A DNA stretch of 62,792 nucleotides, filler included, from Hausera hauseri (GCA_046269625.1; 12 parts of 12 records of this genome joined end to end with filler, not necessarily neighbours in it), one strand, 5' to 3'; counted from the first letter of the whole stretch, positions 11,077 through 22,724 are shown. The notes: generated from the sequence alone by a model not told the origin. A program made the numbers and translations.

Positions 11077-13815
11077 ATGGCAGCAGATAAACCACCAGTA
11101 GCGCAGAAACTGGACATCTTCACTTTTGATTCTCTAAACCTGCCGGCATATGATGGTGACCCAGATGGGCTTAATGAATTCTTGAGAACCTATAAATTTC
11201 ACGCAGAAGGTGCTAGCCTTACTCCTGAAGTAATGATTAAACGCTTGTCGTTATATTTGAAAAACGTAGCCGCTGAAGCTTATAGTGAGCTCACTAATGA
11301 TGAGAAGAAATCTTGGTCCTCCATGGTAGGAGCATTAAATCGTAAATTCTTGCCAACAGTAACACAACAGCAGAACCTCATGGCATTTCAGAATAGAGTA
11401 CAACTAAAGGGTGAATCGGCAATCCAATTCGCTTTTGCGTTGAAGAAACTTGCGAATAGTTGCATTAGTACACTGAGGATAGCTAACGTAGCTAAAGCCA
11501 AGCGGATGCATAACGCGACGCCGCAGAGAAGGCATCACCACCACATTTAGATGTTATGATGACGACACAACTAATAAATGGTATTTGGTCACAAAATTTG
11601 ATTAAACAATTATTTTTGGCTAGGCCTGAAAACTTTGAAGGAACTCTACAGTTGGCTCAAGATTTATAAATGGCGCTTGATAGATATATCCGACATAATA
11701 ATAGGAACAATAGAAATAATGACCGGAATGATCGCAACGACAGAAATCGCAACGACAATCGTGGAAGAGATGACAGACGATTTACGAGTAACAAAAATTA
11801 CGGAAATAGAAATAATAATGGCGGTTATAGAAATGGCCGAGGTAATTATGCTAATACGAACAGATCGAATTCTAATTGGGATAGAAATAGAGGAAATTAT
11901 AAAGGCTCGAATTACTCAAACCAGAACGGCGTGAACCGAAATAATGATAATCGAAGAAATATGGATAATGTTGAAAGCTTGTGAAACCAGTATAATAAAA
12001 CTGCAAATAGATCTAAATCACCCGTAAACGAAGACGGTCGACAGAGAGTCGGTAGAAACGGGAATTTAGTTTGTTTTACTTGCGGTAAAGGACAAATTTT
12101 AAGATCATGTCTAAACTCACGTAGTGTTTCACTTACTGAGCCAAATAAGACTAGTATGATCAGAATGAACAAAAACTTAGAAGCAAAGTATGGCATTTGT
12201 GGAGATACAGGCACTATCATCGATATACAATACTTGCGGAAATACCCAGACGCTTAGCAAAAATCCAATAATCCACAAATTCTGGCGGCTAGAAAAGAGT
12301 ACAGAGATAAACTAAGACTATTAGAAGTATACCATGGTTTAGTAGAACGCGAAACTGAATATGAGCATGCGATAGCACCAAATCGAAGCGATATGACACG
12401 GAAAAAGAGTGTTCCGATAAGTAATAAACCATTTGAGAAACCAGGCACATCGACAGAAGTCGACTTAGATGTAACACCTGAGTTTACAGTTAAAAAAGTG
12501 GCTAAGTCTACTGATGACGATATAGAAAAGAAAAGAATTTATGGACCCATTAATACTGAAAATTACAAAAAATAGAGACCGTAGCCCCTCCTTAAAAACA
12601 AAACGTAGAAGTCTCTCACGCTCAAAAATAACTAAAGAGAAAATTAAAGATTCAGAAAATCCGAACATCGTTGTAGAAGGCGATATGGATCATAGTTTGA
12701 ATACACTAGAAATTGGTTCACTCACACCTTCGGAGTAGTGGAGTATATAGAGTCAATTAATGAAATTAACGAGATCTGTCCACTTCCCATTAGTGAGGAA
12801 GAAAGGAAAAATACGGATGATTTCGATCCAAATAAATGGAAAGTTCGACGTTCGTGGGAAAACGCCGATGAATTAAAGGAAATGAGAATTAGATCCCACG
12901 ACTCGGAAATACTACAGCGGAACTTACAAAGGATCAAGCAGATTAGCGAACAGGTCGATATATCCGGAAAGAAGCAATAATATGCTGAGAGGTTATATAA
13001 AAGTTTGAAAATAAATAGCGAAGAAAAACTTGTTGAAGCAATCGACGTAACACAACCTGAAGAGGTATCCCTGAAACATTGTTAAAATGGAAGCATAAAT
13101 TAAAATCATGGATTAAAAGTAGAACCGAATTTTCGGAAGGATGGAGTAAAAATAAAGGTAGTGTCGACGCAAAACTCACTAAAGCTCAGACGTTGTTGTC
13201 AAGCTTAGAAGAAAACCCAAAATTGAAGAGAGCGGTTCGAAGCTTAGAACGTATGGTGGATGAAATTCGTCACGTTGTGATCAACCGGCTTAGGGAAACC
13301 GGTTAACCAACGCAGTAATATAGATTTAGAAATATTGGGTATAGAACCGTTGGATATTCCTCCCCTAACGGAGATGATAAAAGTCGCATTTGCTACGCCA
13401 AAACAATATACAAACCTAAAAAATCGAATTAAGACAGAAAATGAAAAGCGAGCACAGATTTATAGCTTGAGGAATTGAATCATGTCCTCTAATCACGAAG
13501 AAACTCAATATGTAATAAAAGCTTGTATCGTAGAGTTGGATGAGTACAAGAACAAGTTTAGTTATGTCGACCGGATTATGGATTTCCTAAGAGAACCGGA
13601 CGATGAGTTAAAAGATGCATATAACATGCTAGATAAGGCTATACTGGCCAAGTCAGTTATCGCAAATCAATTGTCGGAATGGTCCAAACTAGTAACGCGA
13701 TTAAGCAGACTGGAAGAAGACCGGAAAAAGGAATTTCCGCAAAGCGAGCCAATGGTAAAGAACCAATTAAAAGAAATTGCACATGATTTAGGCACAATGT
13801 GAATAGAAATATACA
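11077..13815 (+). pseudogene. gag: Ty3/gypsy gag (capsid, Asn/Arg-rich linker, degenerate CCHC) plus a long uncharacterised extension
   Basis: LPAYDGDP..F, LYLKNVAAEAY, RVQLKGESAIQFAFALKKLA, VCFTCGKGQILRSC. About 550 further codons with stops and frameshifts and no protease motif seen. Confidence 0.85.
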
Positions 13816-14308
13816 NNNNNNNNNNNNNNNNNNNNNNNNNNNNNNNNNNNNNNNNNNNNTTAATTAATTAANNNNNNNNNNNNNNNNNNNNNNNNNNNNN
13901 NNNNNNNNNNNNNNNTTTATATTGTTAATTGTGTGTGTGATCCGGTTAAAAAAAGAGGAGTTTGATTGGAAAATGTAAATATATGTGAAATGCAAAATTG
14001 AATTATGTTATGTAATCGTGACGCAACCCCTGTAGACGTTCATGGAGACGGACAGGGAAGAGAGATGTATATGGACATTTATGTACGTATGGTGTGTATG
14101 CACATGCATATAAAGGGAAAAGAAAGAAATAATAATAATAAAAAATATATATTGTATATTGATCACAATTAATGATAAATAGAAAATTTGAAATTTGAAA
14201 TTTTCTGATACCTTGATAAAAAGTTATAAGATGAATTATATATCTGATCAGAATTTCAAGGCGTTTTTCTGTAATTTCCAATAAAAAGGAAGCAAATGCA
14301 TAAAAAGT

Positions 14309-15625
14309 TTGTGGAAACTGAAGATAAATCTACATAGGATCGATTCACGAATGATGGAGAGGAAAATGTTCTATTTAATGCTAGAAAAATGGTTAACTTC
14401 GGAATTATTTCACCATATTAATGAAGATGTTAAACCACAGATCTTTTATGCTAATGATGAAAATGATTATTTGAAAATTGTTGAGGAGTTGAATGATGTT
14501 GACGAACAGACTGATGCGTTGTCCAAGTCAAGCAGTGGATTCGGAACAAACAATATTAAACTAGTCAATTTTTGAAATATAAGTATACTGACCGATTTAT
14601 GGGTCTTACATGGTGAGGCTCACGTGCCGTTCTTCGATAACATTAGTAATAATTTAACGAATTATCTGACCACGGTAAACTACGAAGATAGTGGTGTTCG
14701 ATTCATCTCTCAGAAGTGTCTGCACGCTCTCCTTATCAAATTCGATGAAGATAACTCGATAAACACAACCGTCTTGAACCGCACCTTGTGCAATTTTCGA
14801 TGGATAACGTTGGTTTGGTTGAAAGAATTTCGACTTACCGACTTTTCTGCTAAAACGCATAATTGTGTAGATATTGCTGGAGACTGTAAAGATGAACGAA
14901 AAATGATAAATGGAGTTGAAGGTATTGTTTATTATACTGTTCATCATTGTTATTACTTGTCTTATCTTTTAGATGTTGGCAGGGGTTGTGAACAGGGTGG
15001 TGAAGTGTATATGTTTACGTTAATGATTGATGGGGGTTGCACGGTTGTGACGGGACTTAAATTTGAGGTTAAGAATGGAGTTAGGTATGTTCGTCGGTTG
15101 GAGTCGGGTGGGATACAATGTAACATCGTAGGCGAAAGGCAATCGATTTGGAATGATAAGAGTTATGGTCCCGGCTTAGTGGAATTCGTGTGTGATGGTG
15201 GAATAATTGTAGGTTTTACGTGTCTGGATAAGAACACCGGTTTGAACGATAATAAATGTTACATTTACACGAATTCATTATGCAAATGTAATAAAGATTT
15301 TCCATTTCTTGGTAGCAGAGCGTGGTATGTGCTCTTCTCCGTGATTCGCAGGCATAGAACACGTGAATCATTGGTCTTTCGAAGTATCCATTTCTGTCTT
15401 CTTGTTTTTGGAACTTATTCCTTCCGTTGGAATGTAAAAATAAATGAGGAAACTTTATGTAAAATATACACGATAAGAAAATACGGTGAAGTGAATAAAA
15501 TGAAACATCGTGACTATGTCACAGAGCCGACGCAAAATTCAGAAGTTGTAATATCTTGCGCCAAGAGCGATAAATATTTAAAAAGAAAAGATGAAAATGT
15601 CTGTTTCAAAAATCGCAGAGAATAG
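14309..15625 (+). CDS. Hypothetical ORF (14309-14575 and 14624-15625 share a frame, separated by one stop)
   Basis: 333 open codons in AT-rich DNA. Gly/Cys/beta-rich middle portion. Overlaps the start of the BEL gag ORF. Confidence 0.35.
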
Positions 15626-15947
15626 ACACCGACTGGCAGAATCAGTGGTAACCGTCTGGAGAGGCGAATACGTCAGAAGGTCCTTGTTCGAGGCGAGTAA
15701 CCTTAAGAAAATAAATGGATCACAGGAATTCAAAAGAGATTCGAAGTTTAAAATTGCTGAACCTCGAGTTAAAAGGATCTGTCAAGAATCAAATACCAAC
15801 GGTGTAAAGTGGGAAAAGATATTAGAGGATTGCATACTGGAAGGAAATAAGTCACAAAATTTGCAGGAGTCGTCTAAGGCGGATGAAAGAGAAGAACTCG
15901 GCTTTAAGGATTTTGTGCAAGGAACAACAAAGACAGAGAAAAGGAAA

Positions 15948-16175
15948 TTGACGGTATTTCTTGAGACAATATCAGGAAAAATAATTGCGATATTAGTCAA
16001 AATGTCGGATAAAGTGGAGGAACTGAAGTCGATTGCCGAGGAAAGAGAGGGAATCCCAACAAACCAACAATGGTTAATTTACAATGGAAAACTACTAAAG
16101 GATTCTCGGAAACTTAGTGAATATTATATTCAAAAGGATTCAACTGTTCATTTGCAGTCGCGGTTAAAATGTGGG
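15948..16175 (+). other. Ubiquitin domain within BEL/Pao Gag ORF
   Basis: Exactly 76 aa. 36/76 identities to ubiquitin by ungapped manual alignment. C-terminus LQSRLKCG. Confidence 0.92.
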
Positions 16176-17281
16176 AGTGAATTAACTGCAGACGAACTGG
16201 AAGATGGGATATCTGAGCGACTTAAGTACATCAACGACCTTTCAGCGATTCGGAGGAAGTTAATGGATGTAAACGTGAATGATCATGAATACGAAATGTA
16301 TAATAAAAAGTACGACAAGTCGTTTACCGAGCTTCAAGGGGAGTTGAGTAAACTAGCCACCGCGGCAAGAAAGTTGAGAAAAAAGGAAAACTTCACTTTG
16401 TTAAAGAATGACATGGAGAAACTGGACGATCAGAATGAAAAAATCAACGCGATCATCTATGAGAGAAGCTCAATAGATAATAAGATGATGATCACCAAAG
16501 AAAGTTCTGAAAAGGAGAAAAGGGAAAGAGTAATATTATCAAAGTTTCAAAAATTAAAGTTGCCGAAGTTTGGCGGGCTAGTTACGAATACGATAAATGG
16601 AAAAGGACGTTTGACACATGTATCCACAAAACCTCAATGTCGGGAATATACAAGCAACTACAGCTGAATCAAAGCTTGTATGGCGAGCCAAAAAAGCTGA
16701 TTGAAAATTTCAACCTATCAGAAGAAGAGTATAAAGCGTCCTTGGATTAATTAGATTCCTATTATGGAGGTGAACAACATTGTTATGCAGCGTTTATGAC
16801 CGAAGTTATAAGATTTGTGCTAATAGAGGAGGAAAATATTAAAGGGCTAGATAAATTCGTTGCGTTGCTAGAAGGAATAATTGTAAGATTGAGAAATCTA
16901 GGGAAAACGGAAGAACTTAGTGGAGGGCTATTGTATCACAGCCTCGTGGAAAAGCATCCTGAATCACTTGTGCTTCTATAGGAAAGGCATGTGATCGAGA
17001 AAAAGTTGGATAGGACAGTCATAAAATTAAAGAATTGGATCGAGATAGAAGCGATGGTTAGGAAAAATACTGTAGAGAGAATAAGGGGAATCGAAACCTT
17101 AAATCCAAGTTAAGATGGTCAATACACATCAATAGGAGATGGAAGGTCGTACTTTGCAAAAGGATAGCAGGCTGAAAAAAGGAAATATGAAAACACGAAG
17201 TCAAAAATAAGAGATCGAGAATTTAAAAGGGAAGTACAATCTAGCCACTACAATATACAGCGAGAAGATCAATCCCAGAGA

Positions 17282-17428
17282 TGCTGGAATTTTGATAAAA
17301 ATGGGCAGTGTAAATTCGGAAAGAACTGCAAATACTTGCATCAATCTAACAAGGACGATCAAAGAAGGTTATGTTGGTACTTCGAAAAAGGGGAATGTAA
17401 GTATTGGAATAATTGTAGGTTTCTACAT
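17282..17428 (+). other. Two CCCH zinc fingers at the BEL Gag nucleocapsid position
   Basis: CWNFDKNGQCKFGKNCKYLH (C-x8-C-x5-C-x3-H) and CWYFEKGECKYWNNCRFLH (C-x7-C-x5-C-x3-H), in the same frame as the protease. Confidence 0.9.
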
Positions 17429-18916
17429 GGAAAAATGGATAACAAGGAAAAGGTCAAAAATATTTGTGACAAAGAGGAAGTAGAGAGAAAAATTGAAAGT
17501 TCTCAGGAAAACATAGCATGTAGGACAGAAGAAGATTCACTGCCACGGGCGGCAGAATATGAAAAAGGAAAAGGGACATTGAATAAGAAAAAAGGTTTTA
17601 GTGCCTCTGTGACACAAGGTTCTCAAGAGGGAAACGAAAAAGAAGAGATGGTAGCACTGAAAAGAATGGAGGTGTGGTTACAAAATGGGACAAGAATGAA
17701 GAAAGCAATACTGCTACTAAACGATGCTAGTACCGAAAGCTTCGTTGATTCAAAGTTATGCGAAGAGTTAGGGGTTAATAAGAAAACGGAAAGGTTAACA
17801 ATAACGGTTGTCGGAGAAAAAAAGACTGAGATGTCTATTGACCGGGTAAAATTGGTATTGATGAACATAGACCGATCACTGGACGTACAATTTGAAGCGC
17901 TGGCTATGAGAAATCCAACTGAAGGGATAAGGGCAGTAAATTGGTTCATAGAAAGACAAAGATAGCTAAATCTGAAAGATTTAAAGTTCCCCAAGATGTC
18001 ACACAGATTGGAAGTGGATGGTATCATTGGGGCGAATTTTATAGAATTACACAGGTCAATCAAAAAGGTATACGGTAAAAGGGGTGCACCGGTAACGCGA
18101 TTAACCCCGTTAGGTTGGACCTGTGTCGGATAAATAAAAAAGGGAAGGAAAATCATAAATAGCAATTTTGGAAGGGCCTTTTGGACAAGGACAAGAGAAA
18201 TTTAAAAAGACTTCAGCCGATTATGGGAGGGCGAGTTTAACATGATGTAAAAGAGTCTGAGAGGTCCGAACAAGACAAGAAAACAGTGAAGGGTATACTA
18301 GATAAAACGACTTACGAGGAAAATAGATACTATGTGCCATTGCCGTGGAAGGGAAGGAGACAACCTGAAATGGAAATCAACGAATGGATGGCACGAAAAA
18401 TGTTGAAAACCTTAAAGAGAAAGCTGGACAAGGATGAGACGACAAAGGCAGCATACGAAAAAGTGATAAAAGCACACGCCAAGGAAGGGAAGAGGAGCAA
18501 GAAGAACAAGAGATAGCTTGGCTGTTACTGCACNNNNNNNNNNTATTACGAATGAGAAAACGACCATGAGTTGTCATATGCGATATCCAGTAAATGTTCT
18601 TACAGATTAAGGTCAAACAAGAGGATAAGAGATATCTAAGATTTCTGTGGTATAAGGACGGGAAACTCAGAACATACGAGTTAAATTGGTTGATATTTGG
18701 ATTGAACTCCTCTCCGTCTCCGGCGCAATTGATATCAAGACACAACGCCGAAAAATCCAAAATAAAATTCCCCAGAGCCGTAAAAACAATAGAGAATTCT
18801 ACGTACATGGACGATTNNNNNNNNNNNNNNNNNNNNNNNNNNNNNNNNNNNNNNNNNNNNTTAATTAATTAANNNNNNNNNNNNNNNNNNNNNNNNNNNN
18901 NNNNNNNNNNNNNNNN

Positions 18917-19130
18917 CCTAGTCCTCCAGGCTGTACTGCAATGTCTGGGCTCCTAGTGATCCATCAGTCAACTGGGGACCTTGGTCAATCTTTGCATCGT
19001 TGGCCAGAATTGCTTGGTTCCAGGGCACAATGCGAGGAAGTGATGCAAGGTCTTGGCAAGTATGTTGTTCCTGGCCCTTACAAGGACCGCAAAGCGGTCG
19101 CTGCTGTCTCCGTGCCCATAGGGCTGGCAT
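18917..19130 (-). pseudogene. Possible decayed non-LTR retrotransposon fragment (RLE-endonuclease-like)
   Basis: About 60 bp homologous to 58600-58670 (GTGATCCA.CA.TCAACTGGGGAC). PDIAV / PNIAI..LLDTTV motifs. Confidence 0.25.
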
Positions 19131-19256
19131 GTCAAATGATATACTGTATTCCTTCTTCATTGTCTAGCTTAACTCTAAAGTCCATAGCGACACTGTAGTT
19201 CATTGGTATCATAACAGCTCAATCAGAATTTTGTTTCTTATTTAATTAAGACTTAT

Positions 19257-19620
19257 TTATGATGCTTCTCTTCTGCAATGGGTGGGCGGTAATTTTGCTA
19301 AGAGTTCTCCAGACTTTTCATTTGGCTGTTTTGGTTTCATTCTAGTGAATATTTTCAATACAGCATGTTTTTGGTCTTCTATGTATTTTATGTGGATCTC
19401 TCTTTTTTTCTTACAAACAACAGGTTTAAGCAATAAAGCGATTAGCCGTAGGTGCTTTTGCATGAGCTGTGTCCTTCATCCATCGATATTATATACTACT
19501 TTCTGAAACTCATTTCATACTCAGGTTTAGTTAGATTCCTCTTCCTTTCTCATCACTGGCCATTTAGTATGTTATAACACATTTTAAATAGAGTTCCAGA
19601 AGGTGAATAGTGCACCATAA
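19257..19620 (-). pseudogene. Highly decayed Tc1-like transposase remnant
   Basis: Frame-broken similarity to the Tc1 KKPLL..KRL..W.DETK..KVWR region. Confidence 0.3.
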
Positions 19621-19832
19621 TTTTTTCACTAATTTTATTAACAGTATTCTTAATATGCCATTTTAAAAGAATATCTGAAGCTACAAGAGTCAAGGGACAA
19701 ATATTACTTTATGTCATTTAATCTATTTAAGCTATTAAACAATACATGCTACTTAAGGTCACCAATTTACTGCTTGATAAAATGTTCAGTGATACGCATT
19801 TTCTGAATCAACAATTGACTAAAAATAATCAA

Positions 19833-20550
19833 TTAAAAGTGCAGGTTAATTAATGATACAAACACCCCTGCAAAAAATAATCATTAATGATACAAACACC
19901 CCTGCAAACACAATCATTTTAGATACAAAACACCCCCAGAAGTTTGAGAATTACCNNNNNNNNNNNNNNNNNNNNNNNNNNNNNNNNNNNNNNNNNNNNN
20001 NNNNNNNNNNNNNNNNNNNNNNNNNNNNNNNNNNNNNNNNNNNNNNNNNNNNNNNTCGATTTACAGGTGACTTAATAATTTGTTTTCGTTACATTTATTT
20101 TCCACCTTTGTTTTCAATAATTTAAATTATTTCCCGCTAAATAAAGCGTACGCAGCCGAAAAGCACAGTAGGCTACGCGTAACCCTTAAATAATTAAAAT
20201 CAACAATAAGAAATTAATTCTTTCTTACTTTTCAGTAACTATTCATATAGGACTGGAACATTTAAAAAGTTTAACAAAAAGAGTAAGGAATATTTTCCAA
20301 GTAAAAATAGTAGAAGTTAAATTAGATTATTTCTACGGAGTCTGGAAAGCAGACACTTTTGAAGAATTTAGAAAAATACATAACGAGGAAGAAGACAAAC
20401 AGCTTCTTCTCTTTTGTAAAACAAAATATATATTCAAAACAAAACTTAAATTTAACCCAAACTGTCCACAAATATTGGATAAGTACATAGAAGAACAGAA
20501 ATCCATAAATTTAACTAAAAAGTGAAATTGATTGGATCAGCGAACCAACA
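19833..20550 (+). repeat. 5' LTR of a gag-only element (contains an N gap)
   Basis: Direct repeat of 22042-22724. Ends in CA 4 nt before the PBS. Confidence 0.8.
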
Positions 20551-20554
20551 TTTC

Positions 20555-20572
20555 TGGCGACCCTAGCAGGAC
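20555..20572 (+). promoter_or_regulatory. Primer-binding site (probably tRNA-Arg)
   Basis: TGGCGACCCTAGCAGGAC, identical to 10686-10703. Confidence 0.85.
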
Positions 20573-20617
20573 TGTTCTTGAATCATAGAAACTAGAAAAT
20601 CAAAACTTAAACAAGGC

Positions 20618-21931
20618 TTGGCCGTCAACTCCACACAAAGTCCACGGTTTAATTTGAAAGATTTAACAATCGAAATCGAACCATTAAATATTGAATTATT
20701 AGAAAACAATAACAATATGGCACAGCCTATCAACCTAACTGTCTTTGAACCACTCAATATACCTAAATATAATGGTGACCCTGCAGGTTTACTAAAATTC
20801 CTAAAAACATACAAGCTCTTGAGTGAGGGATTAGGTGTTGAACCACCAGCTTACATTCGTAGAATGCCACTCTATCTAGATGAAGTTGCTCTAGATGTTT
20901 TCCAAGAGTTAACAGTCGAAGAGAAAGGCGACTGGGATAAGCTAACTTCAGTTTTAATTAAAAGGTTAATGTCAACTGTAACCCCAACAGCTCAACTAGC
21001 TATTTTGCAAAGACGATTCCAACAAACTGGAGAAACCGTCACCCAATACTCATACGCTTTATCTGAGCTAGTAAAAAATTATGCCAACACTGTAAAAACT
21101 CAAATTTTAATTAAAAAGCCAACAGCCAAAGAAGCTGAATTGGAAGTAGAAACCGATATACATTTGCTAACGCAGTTTTTAAAAGGTGTTAGAAAAGATG
21201 TCAAAACAGACATTTTAAAAAGAAATTGTCTAACGTTTAAAGAAGCAGTAAGAGAGGCGCAAAACCTGGAAGCCTATATGGGTCCTTTTAAAGATGATCG
21301 ATCATCAAAACCCAACCAAAAATTTGGTAATAATCAGCAAAACCAGCAGCAAAATCAAAATAGACCACAAGATACTGCTAATACACAACAGTACAATCAA
21401 AATAAATCTCAACAAAATAATAATTCAAGCAAACCACAAGGCAATTATAACAATTCAAATAATTCCTATCAAAAGGATAATAATCAAGGTAAAAAACCCT
21501 ACAATAAAAATACTAATTACTCATCTAATCAATATCAACAAAAAGGACGTATTGATTTAAACAAAACTGGTACAGCTATAGTTTGTAAACGATGCCAGCT
21601 AACAGGCCATAACTCAATAAATTGCATGACCCCTGTTGATCAGCTTCCAAGAATAAAACAAGAAAAAAGCGTAACTCTATCTTCTGTTCATGAAACATTA
21701 GAAGATGTAAAATTAAAATTGGATAAACTCCCACCAACAATTAAAGAACAATTTATTAATCAAGCTGCTAATGAAAGCAGAGAAGTGGATGAAATGTTGA
21801 AGCGTTATAACGCAGGAAAATATAAATCCCACATCTCATCCATGTTGGAAGAAGATGATTATACTGATGAATTTGTTACAAACAGTATAATCTTAACAAC
21901 CAGAAAAAGGGCAGTAGATAAGATCTTGTAA
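20618..21931 (+). CDS. gag: Intact Ty3/gypsy Gag (likely ATG at 20717)
   Basis: IPKYNGDP..FLKTY, LYLDEVALDVF, RFQQTGETVTQYSYALSEL, Q/N-rich linker, CCHC CKRCQLTGHNSINC. Homologous to the C3 Gag. Confidence 0.9.
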   Translation: MAVNSTQSPRFNLKDLTIEIEPLNIELLENNNNMAQPINLTVFEPLNIPKYNGDPAGLLKFLKTYKLLSEGLGVEPPAYIRRMPLYLDEVALDVFQELTVEEKGDWDKLTSVLIKRLMSTVTPTAQLAILQRRFQQTGETVTQYSYALSELVKNYANTVKTQILIKKPTAKEAELEVETDIHLLTQFLKGVRKDVKTDILKRNCLTFKEAVREAQNLEAYMGPFKDDRSSKPNQKFGNNQQNQQQNQNRPQDTANTQQYNQNKSQQNNNSSKPQGNYNNSNNSYQKDNNQGKKPYNKNTNYSSNQYQQKGRIDLNKTGTAIVCKRCQLTGHNSINCMTPVDQLPRIKQEKSVTLSSVHETLEDVKLKLDKLPPTIKEQFINQAANESREVDEMLKRYNAGKYKSHISSMLEEDDYTDEFVTNSIILTTRKRAVDKIL

Positions 21932-22041
21932 GGAATGTCTTTGACACCGGCAGAAGATTTGTTGCTTAAAGCAATGCCCATAGGCCCTGAATCAAAATTT
22001 GATAGTTTTGATTACAATGAAAATAATAATTACGAAATCAC

Positions 22042-22724
22042 TTAAAAGTGCAGGTTAATTAATGATACAAACACCCCTGCAAAAAACAATCATTCTAGAT
22101 ACAGACACCCCTGCAAAAAACAATCATTCTAGATACAGACACCCCTGCAAACACAATCATTAATGATACAAACACCCCTGCAAACACAATCATTTTAGAT
22201 ACAAAACACCCCCAGAAGTTTGAGAATTACCAGCAATTTATTGAAAAGAAAATTAGTAAAACACCCCCAGTTGTGAATTATGAATAACAATTCATCGTCA
22301 ATAAAAAACACCCCCTAGAAATTAGGCTAGTATAAATACTGAGACCAATTTCAACATTAACAACAAAAATTTTAGACTTATAGTCTAGCATTAAGAAACA
22401 AAAAAGTTTTCTTATTTACACGAAACCAGGTAGACCAACCTGATTTCTTTTTCAAGCATTCAATAACGAAAGCTTCCTGATAACCATTTCTTTTGGTTAT
22501 ACTCATTTCTTTTGAGTGATTTTTGGATACTGGTTCAGTGTTGTTCATTTCTTTTGGACAAGCCCGCTGCTGTACCTGTTCTCAAATAAATTTTGAGTTG
22601 ATTCCAGAAATTCAGTTTTGATTTACAGAAAACCGGTTTTGATTTTTTCGATTTACAGGTGACTTAATAATTTGTTTTCGTTACATTTATTTTCCACCTT
22701 TGTTTTCAATAATTTAAATTATTT
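22042..22724 (+). repeat. 3' LTR copy, truncated before the end of U5
   Basis: Matches 19833-20132. Contains 33-34-bp CACCCC tandem units (22063-22215), TATAAATA at 22331 and AATAAA at 22585. Confidence 0.8.

Larger units (their letters stand above)
15591..18816 (+). mobile_element. BEL/Pao LTR retrotransposon gag-PR-RT, decayed and truncated
   Basis: KLKLPKFGG..YDKWKRTF (DUF1759-type gag), protease-like ILLLNDASTESFV, RLTPLGWTC, RYYVPLPWK, MFLQIKVKQEDKRYLRFLW, FGLNSSP, YMDD. Confidence 0.9.

Noticed and set aside
17623-18165. 180-aa minus-strand ORF, and many similar antisense ORFs over gag, pol, env and polB
   Set aside because: Shadow frames opposite recognisable coding sequence.
22063-22215. 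33-34-bp tandem repeats as CRISPR or iterons
   Set aside because: Head-to-tail with no unique spacers; ordinary LTR U3 enhancer-type repeats.
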